From positions 14,720 through 78,719 of IMG/VR virus record IMGVR_UViG_3300013131_000036: DNA of 64,000 nucleotides; one strand, written 5' to 3'. The position numbers were made by a program, and so were the translations under genes. The DNA comes from a virus. This document shows, piece by piece, positions 19,127 through 28,593 of this stretch. The notes below the pieces were generated by a model, which saw only the letters and a program-made list of their open reading frames with translations, was not told the origin of the DNA and did no database searches. Position 1 is the first letter of the stretch. Each line of letters opens with the position of its first letter.

Positions 19127-21481
19127 ATGAAAAGATATGATGGACATTATTTGGGAATAGTAGTTCAAAACAACGATCCAGAACAACGTGGTCGTGTCAA
19201 AGTTTTTGTTCCACACGTCACACCCACAGTTTATAACAAATGGAATGAAGTTCAGGTTGATAAAGAATTTAACTTTATAGGTCAAAATCTTAACAGCAGC
19301 ATCAATGACATATTAGAGGATCTTAAAAAAATATTGCCTTGGGCGGACTGTGCCATGCCTCTTTTCGGCGGGGCTGCCAGCGGAAGATATAATGCCACAG
19401 AAAAATTTGGATCCATTAGTGACAGTTCATTGATCGACACCTGCAAACCACAAGAAAATTATGAAACCACCGCCTTCAGTCAAAATACTGATGGTATCGG
19501 TGAAAAACCGGGAAATGTTTACGAGCGGGGTGCCGTTCCGTTAAGTGACGCATTCAATTCAGCTCCTGCCAACAATGTGGCTCATGTCAATCCAAATACT
19601 TACGGATATGTTCCGGGTAGTTATAGTAACCGGGCAAAAGGTGTTTTTTGTGTTCCTAATGTCGGGGCCCATCTTTGGGTTTTCTTTTATGATGGAAATC
19701 CCATGCGTCCTGTTTACTGGGCAACAAGTTTTGGTCAAACTGCTTGGAATGGAATTTATCAGGATGACTATGGTGTGGCGGAAGATTATCCGGGTGCTTA
19801 TGAAAATTTTGATAAAAATGACACCAATCTTAATGTTCAACAAGTGGATACTGAAACATACAGGAACAAAACTGTATTATCTCAAAAAGGTGGGGTAATT
19901 GAATTTGTAAACACAGATCTTAAAGAGGTTCTTAAACTTACACATTACTCCGGTTCATTTTTGGAATTTAACAACGCCACCACGAGCCGGTTATCCGTAA
20001 AGAATGATCAACAACTTGTTTTGGCGGACAAATTTACAACAGTAAAAGGTAATAATAGCCTGTATGTTGGAGGTGATTTGGATATAGTGGTAAAAGGAAA
20101 TTATTATTTTAAGGTGGGTGAACAGGATCCTCAATATCAGCAGCAATGGAAAACGTTGATGGATCCTATTGCGGATCTTAAACAATTGTTTGAAATAGAC
20201 CGGACCAAGAAAAAAGACGGGGATCCAAATCGTGTCAGCAGCACCAATCAAAAGCAAAAAGGAAAGCCCGGACCTTGTCCTGTTTGTTCCAAAGACCGGA
20301 AATATTATGCGGTAAACAACAAATTCAATCAGGTAATCATTCCGGTGGTTACTTTTAACAGCAATGGTGTGGACAAATATGAAACAGTGGATCCTCAAGG
20401 AAAACAACCGGAAGCCAAACTGATAGCATTTCCTCCTCCTCCGCAATGTCCTGTTTGTAAAGGTCAAAAACTTAGTCCCAGCAGCATGGATGGGAAATGG
20501 GAAGAAAATCCTGAAAAGAAAAAATTAGAACAATTATACAAGGACAAAATTGTTGAACTTGCGAAAATAGAGGAAAATATGGGCGTGGGAGGAAGTTTGG
20601 TAACAGAAATACCCAAACACAAATTTGACATGATTGGTCAGGTCATGAATGATTTTGGAAGCATACGGATTGATGCAGAGGGTAAAATTTACAATTATAA
20701 AGTTCAGGTTGGGGAGCTTGGTGTATTTGAAAATCAAAAAGCCAGCCCACTTATTGAACCGGTTCACGTGGATGATCTTCCCGGGGGCAATTACACAGTC
20801 AACGCATGCAATCGCTACACGCTTCAGGTAGGTGCCGGAGGAATCAATATAAAAACACTGGGTCCGATTGAAATGAGCGGAACCATAACCAATATTGCCG
20901 GTCAGCAAACCAACATCGGAGCTCAGTATGAATTGAATATTGATGGAGGAAACCGAACAGTTATCACAAGTGACATTCTTGTGTTACGTCAGCGCAATTA
21001 TGAACAGGTCATGGTGGATTCAAGCCTGGGGGTGAGTCGAAATCTTTTGGTGGGTGGTGGTGCTCATATTGAAGGGGAGCTTACGGTTCATCACATCACA
21101 GCCCCGGTTGAAATCCAGGAAACTGAAAAAAGCTTTGTTTATGGAAAAAGCAACAACATGGAACGATTGGTTATAGGATATGTTAGTCCTTGCCCGGGTG
21201 ATTGGGTTCCAGATAAATGTGGAAACTGGACAAAAGTGTATAGCCGTGTACCTGCTGGAGGGGCACCTGGAAATGGTACGGCAGACGACAATTGTTTATT
21301 CACATACAGCCACAGTCATTTATTTAAAAATCTCCCGCTTAATCTTCTTCCGGAAAACAAGGATGTGAGAAATGTTGGTCAGGCTTGCAACAACACGGAT
21401 CGGGTGGTCGCGGATCCTCAAAACATGGCTTACAACATCAAGGGAACCAATCCCCCGAATGATCCGGTTGTTGGTGATTAA
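19127..21481 (+). CDS. gp5: Baseplate hub/spike (T4 gp5-like, no lysozyme domain)
   Basis: YLGIVVQNNDPEQRGRVKV, LPWA and VPNVGAHLWVFFYDGNPMRPVY (OB fold); beta-helix repeats; two CPVC motifs; C-terminal HSH. Confidence 0.85.
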   Translation: MKRYDGHYLGIVVQNNDPEQRGRVKVFVPHVTPTVYNKWNEVQVDKEFNFIGQNLNSSINDILEDLKKILPWADCAMPLFGGAASGRYNATEKFGSISDSSLIDTCKPQENYETTAFSQNTDGIGEKPGNVYERGAVPLSDAFNSAPANNVAHVNPNTYGYVPGSYSNRAKGVFCVPNVGAHLWVFFYDGNPMRPVYWATSFGQTAWNGIYQDDYGVAEDYPGAYENFDKNDTNLNVQQVDTETYRNKTVLSQKGGVIEFVNTDLKEVLKLTHYSGSFLEFNNATTSRLSVKNDQQLVLADKFTTVKGNNSLYVGGDLDIVVKGNYYFKVGEQDPQYQQQWKTLMDPIADLKQLFEIDRTKKKDGDPNRVSSTNQKQKGKPGPCPVCSKDRKYYAVNNKFNQVIIPVVTFNSNGVDKYETVDPQGKQPEAKLIAFPPPPQCPVCKGQKLSPSSMDGKWEENPEKKKLEQLYKDKIVELAKIEENMGVGGSLVTEIPKHKFDMIGQVMNDFGSIRIDAEGKIYNYKVQVGELGVFENQKASPLIEPVHVDDLPGGNYTVNACNRYTLQVGAGGINIKTLGPIEMSGTITNIAGQQTNIGAQYELNIDGGNRTVITSDILVLRQRNYEQVMVDSSLGVSRNLLVGGGAHIEGELTVHHITAPVEIQETEKSFVYGKSNNMERLVIGYVSPCPGDWVPDKCGNWTKVYSRVPAGGAPGNGTADDNCLFTYSHSHLFKNLPLNLLPENKDVRNVGQACNNTDRVVADPQNMAYNIKGTNPPNDPVVGD

Positions 21482-21981
21482 TAATTGGTAAGCAAAAACA
21501 GGTGGAAAGGTGCGATTGTGTGATGCAATGGCAATTCCGGATCCCGTTCAAGAATTTCAGAATAGTTTGAAATATTTTTAAAATTTGATTTTGTAAAAAA
21601 TCTGTGAGCATAGAACGAATTTACCGGATAAAGATTTTTACCCAAAAACAAATAACAGTCGTTGCATTCCACATCCAAAGGTCTTAACACCGCTTCATAT
21701 TGTTCGTGATTCATTTGAGGATTGTTTTTTAAAGGATAAATGTAGGGCAACACGTCATTGGACACGGGTTCGGTAATGCCATAAAGAAACATGATTTCCT
21801 CTGGCTTGGTTCCGTATTTGTGAACAATATATTGCGGGTTGAATTCATTTTTAATTTTTAAACGTTTTTGATCGTATAAGCTTCTTATGGCAAAACCAAA
21901 AAAGAAAGTTGGATAGGTGATTGTCTGGAATTTTTCCAGATCGGCAGGTTTTTCAGTGTCGTTAAATGTAAGTGTCATCAT
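21478..21981 (-). CDS. Hypothetical protein
   Basis: 167-aa ORF preceded by TTGAAA-N16-TACCAT. Confidence 0.55.
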   Translation of the reverse strand: MMTLTFNDTEKPADLEKFQTITYPTFFFGFAIRSLYDQKRLKIKNEFNPQYIVHKYGTKPEEIMFLYGITEPVSNDVLPYIYPLKNNPQMNHEQYEAVLRPLDVECNDCYLFLGKNLYPVNSFYAHRFFTKSNFKNISNYSEILERDPELPLHHTIAPFHLFLLTNY

Positions 21982-22011
21982 GCTTGTATGGTAAGGTACA
22001 AGCAGAAAATT

Positions 22012-22245
22012 TCAAGCCACTGGAAATGAAAAAACTTGAGAAAGACTGGGCAGTTTAAAAATGATGCCTTTGCGATGACCCGAACTGTTTTGCACAATGA
22101 CCGTGACCCGGTCACCCACCACCACTGGGCTGGAATGTAAGGTTTCTTGCAGTTTCAGGGATCTTACGGTTGTGCCTGTATTTGCATCAAAAACCCGCAG
22201 GCTGTTTACGCCATCCACAACCACGGAATAAGCCTTTTTAACCAT
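22012..22245 (-). CDS. Hypothetical protein
   Basis: 77-aa ORF with GATAAATA 6 nt before the ATG. Confidence 0.55.
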   Translation of the reverse strand: MVKKAYSVVVDGVNSLRVFDANTGTTVRSLKLQETLHSSPVVVGDRVTVIVQNSSGHRKGIIFKLPSLSQVFSFPVA

Positions 22246-22311
22246 ATAAGTTATTTATCATAATATTTTTAAAATAATTGTAGAAAACAATATATTAAAT
22301 AAATAATAATA

Positions 22312-23466
22312 ATGGCAGCCGAGATCAAAAAGATCATTTTCCGTCAGGGTACGGAAACTGAAAGAAAAAATGTTACACTGGAACCAGGTGAACCAGGTTA
22401 TTGTACGGATAGCCAACGTCTTTATGTGGGCACCGGAAGTTTGGCAGGTATTCCTGTTGGAACACGGAATCTGGGATTTGCAACATTCAGCGGAAATCTC
22501 ACAAATTTAAACAACAATTTAGCCCCGGCCAGTGGAGATTTTGTTTTTGATACAGCTAGTAATCTCACCTATATGCTGACCGGGACAGATTTTGCCCGAG
22601 TTAGCTCTTTTGCTCCGTTTGGAAGTCAGTTTACAATTGATAACAATACACTCATTCAGTTGTCGAATGTTGTTCGTGTTGCGGATAATAGCTTGTTCGC
22701 CACAAAACTTGCCAGTGGTGCAATAGGGGCCGGATTGGAACGAATTGGTGTCAACACCATTTTAAAAACAAAATTGGGCAGCAGTCTGACTTATGATGGC
22801 AGCCAAAGCATAACCATTGCAACCAACGGTGTGACAAACGCCATGCTTGCCAATGCTCCCGCCAACACATTAAAAGGTCGTCTCAATACTTCCGGACAAG
22901 TTCAAGATCTTACCACTTCCGATTTGCAGATTCTTCTTGCCGGGTTGGTGACCACAAATCCAATCGGAACGGTTATTGATTGGGCCGGGGCAGGAACCCC
23001 TCCGGCAACTTATCTGGAATGCAATGGATCCCCTGTTTCCCGCACAACCTATTCTCAACTTTTTGCAGTCTTGGGAACTACGTGGGGAGCAGGAGACGGA
23101 AGTACTACATTTAATCTTCCGGATCTTCGCAGACGGGTGACCATGGGTGCGGGTGGAACTGGAACCGCCACCATTGCAAACGCAGTGGGCAGTACCGGTG
23201 GTGAGGAAAATCACGTTCTGACAGAAGCTGAAGGTAAGTGTGAATTTGATGTAACAGCGGAATTTCGCGAACCCGGTTCAATCAATCCCAACGGAGTGGG
23301 TTATGTGGGAGGATTAACCATTCAAAACTCAAATGGAAATTATTCATATACATATAGTCAGGGAGTGGTGGATGCAACCGGAACCGTGGGATCAGGTGCA
23401 GCGGATGGTCACAACACCATTCAGCCCAGTGCAATTGTTCGCAAACTTATCAAAGCATCATCATGA
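22312..23466 (+). CDS. Tail fibre protein with an Mtd_N/hyaluronidase-like N-terminus and a tail collar domain
   Basis: IIFRQGT...LEPGEPGYCTDSQRLYVGTG; PIGTVIDWAG...YLECNG..VSRTTYSQLFAVLGTTWGAGDGSTTFNLPDLR. Confidence 0.85.
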   Translation: MAAEIKKIIFRQGTETERKNVTLEPGEPGYCTDSQRLYVGTGSLAGIPVGTRNLGFATFSGNLTNLNNNLAPASGDFVFDTASNLTYMLTGTDFARVSSFAPFGSQFTIDNNTLIQLSNVVRVADNSLFATKLASGAIGAGLERIGVNTILKTKLGSSLTYDGSQSITIATNGVTNAMLANAPANTLKGRLNTSGQVQDLTTSDLQILLAGLVTTNPIGTVIDWAGAGTPPATYLECNGSPVSRTTYSQLFAVLGTTWGAGDGSTTFNLPDLRRRVTMGAGGTGTATIANAVGSTGGEENHVLTEAEGKCEFDVTAEFREPGSINPNGVGYVGGLTIQNSNGNYSYTYSQGVVDATGTVGSGAADGHNTIQPSAIVRKLIKASS

Positions 23467-23717
23467 CGAATGGTTTTGACAAGGTTATTAAAAAACTAAC
23501 AGAAGATTTTAACATTCTTCCCATGGCCAAGGTTCCCAAGACTTTTCAGGGAAAAAGCATTGATTGGGGTAAGACAGGCACTCACCCGAGCGGATTCAAA
23601 GGAGATACCAGCAATCCCGGCAGCATGCAGCTGGTTTTTGCCATACCCGCCAAAAAGAAAAAGAAGTCAGCGAATGTTCTTAAAAAACGTGTGGCTGCCA
23701 ATCGTGTTCGTCGCTAG
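23463..23717 (+). CDS. Small basic protein with a capsid-targeting-like leader
   Basis: ATGA overlap with the fibre gene; MTNGFDKVIKKLTE leader; KKKKK tail. Confidence 0.5.
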   Translation: MTNGFDKVIKKLTEDFNILPMAKVPKTFQGKSIDWGKTGTHPSGFKGDTSNPGSMQLVFAIPAKKKKKSANVLKKRVAANRVRR

Positions 23718-24200
23718 GGCTTCTTTGTTTTTTCCGCCAAATTGTGGACTGCTCCAATAAGGTTTCACTTTGCTGGGTCCCTTGGTCACATGATAGTGAG
23801 TGGCTCCTCCAGTAAGATCCTCCAGTTTTCCCCGCATGCCCACAATTGCCAGTTCCTTGGCCATGGCCCATCGAGGATGCCCCATGGCTTTGGTTATAAT
23901 GTCGCCCATTTTCACTGAACCGGCGTTATAACCATCAAAAAAGCTGAATTGTTTGGGTTTCAACACCACATCCACTGCACCCCGGAACGGATCCCCACCT
24001 TTTACCCTGTTCATGATCACATTCATCACGGCTTGCATGCCTTCATATCCCTCTCCTCCGGCTTCACCGATAAGAGCTGCAGCAACAATATCGCTGTATT
24101 TGATAGCGGCTTCGGCTTTTTGAACCAGGGCCGGAGGTGGCGGAGGCAAATCGGGTGTTACCTCCAACAACAGTTGTTTTATTCTATCTTCAAACCTCAC
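23667..24200 (-). CDS. Cell wall hydrolase (SleB/Hydrolase_2 family)
   Basis: IGEAGGEGYEGMQAVMNVIMNRV, QFSFF, TGGATHYH, IGSHTFF. Likely start is GTG 24200, 5 nt after TATAAATA. Confidence 0.9.
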   Translation of the reverse strand: MRFEDRIKQLLLEVTPDLPPPPPALVQKAEAAIKYSDIVAAALIGEAGGEGYEGMQAVMNVIMNRVKGGDPFRGAVDVVLKPKQFSFFDGYNAGSVKMGDIITKAMGHPRWAMAKELAIVGMRGKLEDLTGGATHYHVTKGPSKVKPYWSSPQFGGKNKEALATNTIGSHTFFKNIR

Positions 24201-24201
24201 C

Positions 24202-24681
24202 TTAATATTTATAAACACTGACTGTGACTATTTTGGGGTGATTATATGCAAAATCCAAAGCATCCTTCTTTTTTTCAAAAAATATGTCTATAACAGGCAG
24301 TTTACCTCCACTTGCCTTCTTTTGCTTAACAGCTGTGCCGGTGTCATGAGCCACCCTGATGCCCAAATTTGGTATGTATAAACGCTTATAAAAGGGGATC
24401 AGGCGCGGATCGACTGCCACGCTTACCCCTTCACGAAGACGCGTTCCTGACGAGCTTCTTTTACGGGCCGTATCCCTGTCGGTGTCCCCTCCTTTGGCCC
24501 AATATACAGTTAATCTTGCCTTTATTTTCTTTTCAACAACCGTCTTTTTGAGTGTTTTTTGGGCCAAATAATCCAGTTTTTTGGAAATAATGGAGTCGAT
24601 TGGATTATCATTAACAGGGGAATCCTGAACCATAATATATAAAAAGATTGAAGCCATGATTAAAATGAAAAATCGGTTCAT
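24202..24681 (-). CDS. 3D (Asp-Asp-Asp) domain protein with an N-terminal membrane anchor
   Basis: RLTVYW, VAVDPRLIP, AHDTG, VIDIFF; hydrophobic N-terminus. Confidence 0.85.
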   Translation of the reverse strand: MNRFFILIMASIFLYIMVQDSPVNDNPIDSIISKKLDYLAQKTLKKTVVEKKIKARLTVYWAKGGDTDRDTARKRSSSGTRLREGVSVAVDPRLIPFYKRLYIPNLGIRVAHDTGTAVKQKKASGGKLPVIDIFFEKKKDALDFAYNHPKIVTVSVYKY

Positions 24682-25277
24682 ATTTGGTCATCCTCCCGTA
24701 TTGGATAGTAAAAATCTACCTGACGATAGGTATTCTTATGAAAGAAAAGAGGGGATCCAAATTTATCAGATGCTGCATAAAGTCGTTTGTTTTTCTTAAA
24801 TAAAACCTCTATATGACCGGGTTTGCGACTGTGTTTTGGTTGATAAACTGCAATCACAATGGTGTTTTCCGGCAATTGCATCACTTCTTTTCGACCTATT
24901 TTTACAAAATCATGTTTGTTTTCAAATACATTTTTGTAGTTTTTTGCATACAGGATGCCGTTGTTTGAGGTGGTGACCGGATAGGTTTGCCGTCCTTGCC
25001 GTCCCTGGACCAATCTACCTTCCCGCAAATCCAATTGAGGGAAAGCCCGTTCATTTCGTTCGTGCAGGTTGTCCAACAGGGCCGTGGTGAACTTGGCACA
25101 AAGACCACTGCTGTAATTGCGGGTCAGTTTACTCACATCGACCATGAAAGTTTTGAATTCAGCCGGGGTAAGATTAGGTTTAACGATGGATTGAGGCAAA
25201 ACGCATCGGCCAGCTTCAGTGCTGAAGCTGTTTGCTACCCCCAAGACCAAAGCTGCGGCTAATAGTGTTTTTTTCAT
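24678..25277 (-). CDS. Secreted CHAP/NlpC-P60-like cysteine amidase (putative)
   Basis: Sec signal peptide MKKTLLAAALVLGVANS; SGLCAKF (Cys) and PGHIEV (His), followed by ASD. Confidence 0.55.
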   Translation of the reverse strand: MKKTLLAAALVLGVANSFSTEAGRCVLPQSIVKPNLTPAEFKTFMVDVSKLTRNYSSGLCAKFTTALLDNLHERNERAFPQLDLREGRLVQGRQGRQTYPVTTSNNGILYAKNYKNVFENKHDFVKIGRKEVMQLPENTIVIAVYQPKHSRKPGHIEVLFKKNKRLYAASDKFGSPLFFHKNTYRQVDFYYPIREDDQI

Positions 25278-25378
25278 GTGGCTGGACCCGATTATATCAG
25301 GGTCAAAAAATTGTAAAGAAGATTCTTTACAAAACGTTGTTATTTTTGTTAATAATATTTATCTTTTTGCAAAGATAT

Positions 25379-25897
25379 TCAAGCTTTACTCAACAAATCT
25401 TTTATATATTTTCTCAGATTATTGTTTCTATTCGTCCAACCTTTTTTGAAAACAGCCAACTTAGGACGTTTTTCACACAAATTATTATAAAAAGTCTGCC
25501 GTTGATCAATAATATCAAAAGCCAGATCTTTCGGATCTTTCTTGGCCATGAGACTGCGAGTATATGGCCCAACAATACCATCTGCGGTGGCTCCTACTAC
25601 ACGTTGCAGAAACTTGTTGGCTTGGGTACGACCTGTGTTTACACAACTGTCAAAATAACTGATATAGGCAGGGAACGGAACCTGTGGAGCCGCACTTTTG
25701 AGCCAGTAATCTTGCCAAAATATCTCATCTGCCTGTTCCCGGGTAAGATTTTTAATGTCCAGCAAAGGATAATCACGTTGAGTAATCCCCATATTTGTGA
25801 TTTTTCCAGGATCGTTTGGATGATTATATAATCCCCCTTCAGCTTCCCTGACAAACTTCATCGCAATTTCAAATTCTTTTGATTTCTCACTAGGCAT
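25379..25897 (-). CDS. Endolysin, glycoside hydrolase family 108 with a PG-binding segment
   Basis: EGG..NHPNDPG..TNMGIT, YFDSCVNTG, LQRVVGATADGIVGP.T, F.KGW.NR. Likely start MPSEK at 25897. Confidence 0.9.
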   Translation of the reverse strand: MPSEKSKEFEIAMKFVREAEGGLYNHPNDPGKITNMGITQRDYPLLDIKNLTREQADEIFWQDYWLKSAAPQVPFPAYISYFDSCVNTGRTQANKFLQRVVGATADGIVGPYTRSLMAKKDPKDLAFDIIDQRQTFYNNLCEKRPKLAVFKKGWTNRNNNLRKYIKDLLSKA

Positions 25898-26483
25898 TTG
25901 ATTGATCCTTTTGTTCTTTTTGATATTTAACCACCTCTTCACAAACTTCAATAAATTCATTATCGCTCATGCGTTGTTTCATGAAATTTATACGACGATC
26001 CACCCACTGAACATTTCCTTCTATGTAACCTTTACTGGAATCTATGCGATCTAATGAAGCAGTATTTGTTAAATTTACTCTATAAATAGATGGTATTTCA
26101 ATAAAAATACCACTTATCTTGCATTTAAAATTTTGTTTTTCTAAAAGATTCCAAAGATATTCAATATTCAAATTAAATTCTAATTTTCTTCTACTAGCAT
26201 TACTTTTTAATTCTGTATAAAACTGTCTGGGTATTCCTTTATATCCTCGATAAACATGAGATTCTTCACCTTTTATACCTTTGTTCCAAGTACCAAAATC
26301 TTTTCTCAAACATCCACAACTTTTTGTTGTTCCATTTCTTAGTGCACCACCTAAAATATCTTTAATTTTTCCACATGAGCATTTACATACCCAGTATTTG
26401 TCATGGGCTTTTGATATTTTTTCAGATTTTTTTAAAACAACAAACCTGCCGTAGTGGTTGCCTGTTAAATCAATAAATTTCAC
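25890..26483 (-). mobile_element. Free-standing HNH homing endonuclease gene
   Basis: IDLTG..YGR.VV, W.CKCSCG, SCGC, SLDRIDSSKGYIEGNVQWV...IN.MK. Visibly more AT-rich than its neighbours. Confidence 0.85.
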
Positions 26484-26728
26484 AAATCAAGCCCATTTAA
26501 AATCTCTTTGATCTTTTTCAATGCTTCCCGCAGCTTGGTTTCTTTCTCGCCTTCTTCATTTTCACCAATCCGATAGTCGTTTGGTGTGTAAATGTTTTGG
26601 CTGGCCCCACTGTCCCGGTTGATTCCCGGACTTATCTGGCTTGCATCGGGTGCACTCATCTGGCCGGTGTTGCGAATCGTGCCTTCATAAATCTTTTCCA
26701 AATCAATTTGTTTCAGATAATCTTTCAT
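26480..26728 (-). CDS. Hypothetical protein
   Basis: 82-aa ORF; TAAATA box upstream; stop overlaps the HNH start. Confidence 0.5.
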   Translation of the reverse strand: MKDYLKQIDLEKIYEGTIRNTGQMSAPDASQISPGINRDSGASQNIYTPNDYRIGENEEGEKETKLREALKKIKEILNGLDL

Positions 26729-26925
26729 CAGTTGTAATATTTATCAAAATCCTTGGGCATGACCAGATAATGATTCAGATTTTTTGCCAACAATTTTACT
26801 TTTAGCAAAATCTCCTCCTTCTTATCTTTGTTTTTTTCCCGTTTGTATTTTTCATACATGTCCAAAACAAGATCGGCTGTGATCTTTTGGTTCACAATTC
26901 CTTCTACCTTTTCAGCTTTGGACAT
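26728..26925 (-). CDS. Hypothetical protein (MSKAEKV...)
   Basis: ATG at 26925 lies 5 nt after ATTAAATA. The track's longer 5' extension overlaps the opposite-strand gene. Confidence 0.55.
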   Translation of the reverse strand: MSKAEKVEGIVNQKITADLVLDMYEKYKREKNKDKKEEILLKVKLLAKNLNHYLVMPKDFDKYYN

Positions 26926-26943
26926 ATAAATATTTAATATATC

Positions 26944-27156
26944 GTGAATAGCAAAAGAAAAAGAATGCTTTTGGACATAAAACGGTTTCCTTTTTATTAT
27001 AAAATATGTGAAGCTTGCGACAATGTGAATGCAAAAGACAGTGCGTTCTGCATTTTTTGCGGAAATTACCGGTTTGATGAAAGCATTGTGCAGGTCAGTA
27101 AACGAAGCGAAGAAATGTTGACACAAGAAGAGGATCCTTTAAATTTTCTGGAATGA
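26944..27156 (+). CDS. Small zinc-ribbon protein
   Basis: CEAC-x10-CIFC. Confidence 0.6.
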   Translation: MNSKRKRMLLDIKRFPFYYKICEACDNVNAKDSAFCIFCGNYRFDESIVQVSKRSEEMLTQEEDPLNFLE

Positions 27157-27284
27157 GCAAGGGTAAAACCGCCAAATTAAACACCGTTCAGAACGGAAAA
27201 GGCGACCGTCCCCGGAGCATAAGCAAGAAGTTTTGGCAAAATTACGATACGATTCGTTGGAGCAAAAAGAAAAAATTAGGGTAA
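27153..27284 (+). CDS. Small basic 43-aa phage protein; missing from the ORF track
   Basis: ATGA overlap; MSKGKTAKLNTVQNGKGDRPRSISKKFWQNYDTIRWSKKKKLG carries a GKG.RPR...NYD.I pattern I recall from small phage proteins. Confidence 0.55.
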   Translation: MSKGKTAKLNTVQNGKGDRPRSISKKFWQNYDTIRWSKKKKLG

Positions 27285-27935
27285 AATTTGATTGATTTGA
27301 TGCATTAAATTGATTCGAGTTTGAAAATCGTACCCGGCAAAATGAGCCACGTTGCATTTGCTCCAGCTTTGTTCGTCCCCCCCGTTCTGTCCCATCAGAT
27401 TCCATTGTGAACCAAGATTGTGATATTTTATATTATATCGGGCCCGGTTCAGATTCATGATGGTTTGATCCGGGTACCACGGCATCAGTTTGAAGTATTC
27501 CGGATTGCTAAAAATTTTGATTGCATCCGGGCGAAGCAATAAAACACCTCCGTTAAAATAACCCTCCCACGGTTCAATTTCTGTCAGGGCGGCCGCCGCC
27601 TTGATGTATTTGTTCCATTCCGGATTGGGTTGATCATTTTTAGAATCCCATACCGCACTCATGCCTTGTGATGGAGCCAGATTGAAAATGTCCGGGGCGT
27701 TCCGGTTGATGAGGGCGTCCGTGTCCAGATAAAAAATGCCCTCGGAATAGTTTGGAAGATGGCGTTCCATGAAAAATTTGCTCATGGCAATGAAATCAAA
27801 CGGGGGTAGTCGTTTTTTGATCACAATCAAACGGGCTCCCACCTTTTTTGCATAATCCTCCATCCGGGGAATACTTATGTTTCCCATAATTTCGCCTTCC
27901 CCATCAATCATGGTGGTGATTACGGCTCGATTCAT
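27276..27935 (-). CDS. Glycosyltransferase, GT8-like
   Basis: YLDTD (DxD), YFNGGVLL, DQTIMN, WN, HFAG. Confidence 0.8.
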   Translation of the reverse strand: MNRAVITTMIDGEGEIMGNISIPRMEDYAKKVGARLIVIKKRLPPFDFIAMSKFFMERHLPNYSEGIFYLDTDALINRNAPDIFNLAPSQGMSAVWDSKNDQPNPEWNKYIKAAAALTEIEPWEGYFNGGVLLLRPDAIKIFSNPEYFKLMPWYPDQTIMNLNRARYNIKYHNLGSQWNLMGQNGGDEQSWSKCNVAHFAGYDFQTRINLMHQINQILP

Positions 27936-27936
27936 A

Positions 27937-28593
27937 TTAAAAAGTTTTCACGCAACGGTCCACATGCGAATAACCACTGCAATGTTTGGTAAATATTTGT
28001 TTGCTGCATCCTGTTTTCATTCGGGCAACCTTGGTGATCCAAAGATCATAAGCATCCCACGCACAGGTTTTGAATTTGAATTGAACTTGTTTTAGTTTTT
28101 CCCGGGGTATCAGGTAAGACTGGGCCGGTATGAAAAAATGCACCCCCAGAATATAATCTTCCATTTCAGTATCAAACGTGTATCCCGTTCCCTGATTGTT
28201 TCCCAGATTAAACAAATCCAGATCATGATTCTTTGTTATTTTATAAAAATGTTCCAACTTATTGTAAAAATCTTCAAAATCATGGTTTATGATGGCATCT
28301 TCAAATATTAATATAAAATCATAATTGATGTTATCCTCCAAGCTTATGCCGTTTTTATGGGCCAGAAAACAACCGTAGTGACCCGGGGAAAGATTGCCGT
28401 TACCCGGTTGCATGCTCACACTGTTTGGTCGGTTGCAGTTTTCCATGGGCGGAAGATTTTTATATATTTCGTTGATGGTTTGTTTGTATTCCACCGGATA
28501 TTTGCTGCAAAAAGTCTTCAGATTATGCACAGATTCTTTTTCTTTGCGATCATTCTCAGGATCCGTGACCAGATGCACTATTCTGCAATTCAC
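27937..28593 (-). CDS. Glycosyltransferase, GT25-like
   Basis: LSPGHYGCFLAH, LIFEDA, AQSYLI. Confidence 0.75.
   Translation of the reverse strand: MNCRIVHLVTDPENDRKEKESVHNLKTFCSKYPVEYKQTINEIYKNLPPMENCNRPNSVSMQPGNGNLSPGHYGCFLAHKNGISLEDNINYDFILIFEDAIINHDFEDFYNKLEHFYKITKNHDLDLFNLGNNQGTGYTFDTEMEDYILGVHFFIPAQSYLIPREKLKQVQFKFKTCAWDAYDLWITKVARMKTGCSKQIFTKHCSGYSHVDRCVKTF

Noticed and set aside
25890-26483. HNH gene as part of a group I intron interrupting the endolysin
   Set aside because: The flanking ORFs are complete and overlap the HNH start and stop directly, leaving no room for an intron core.
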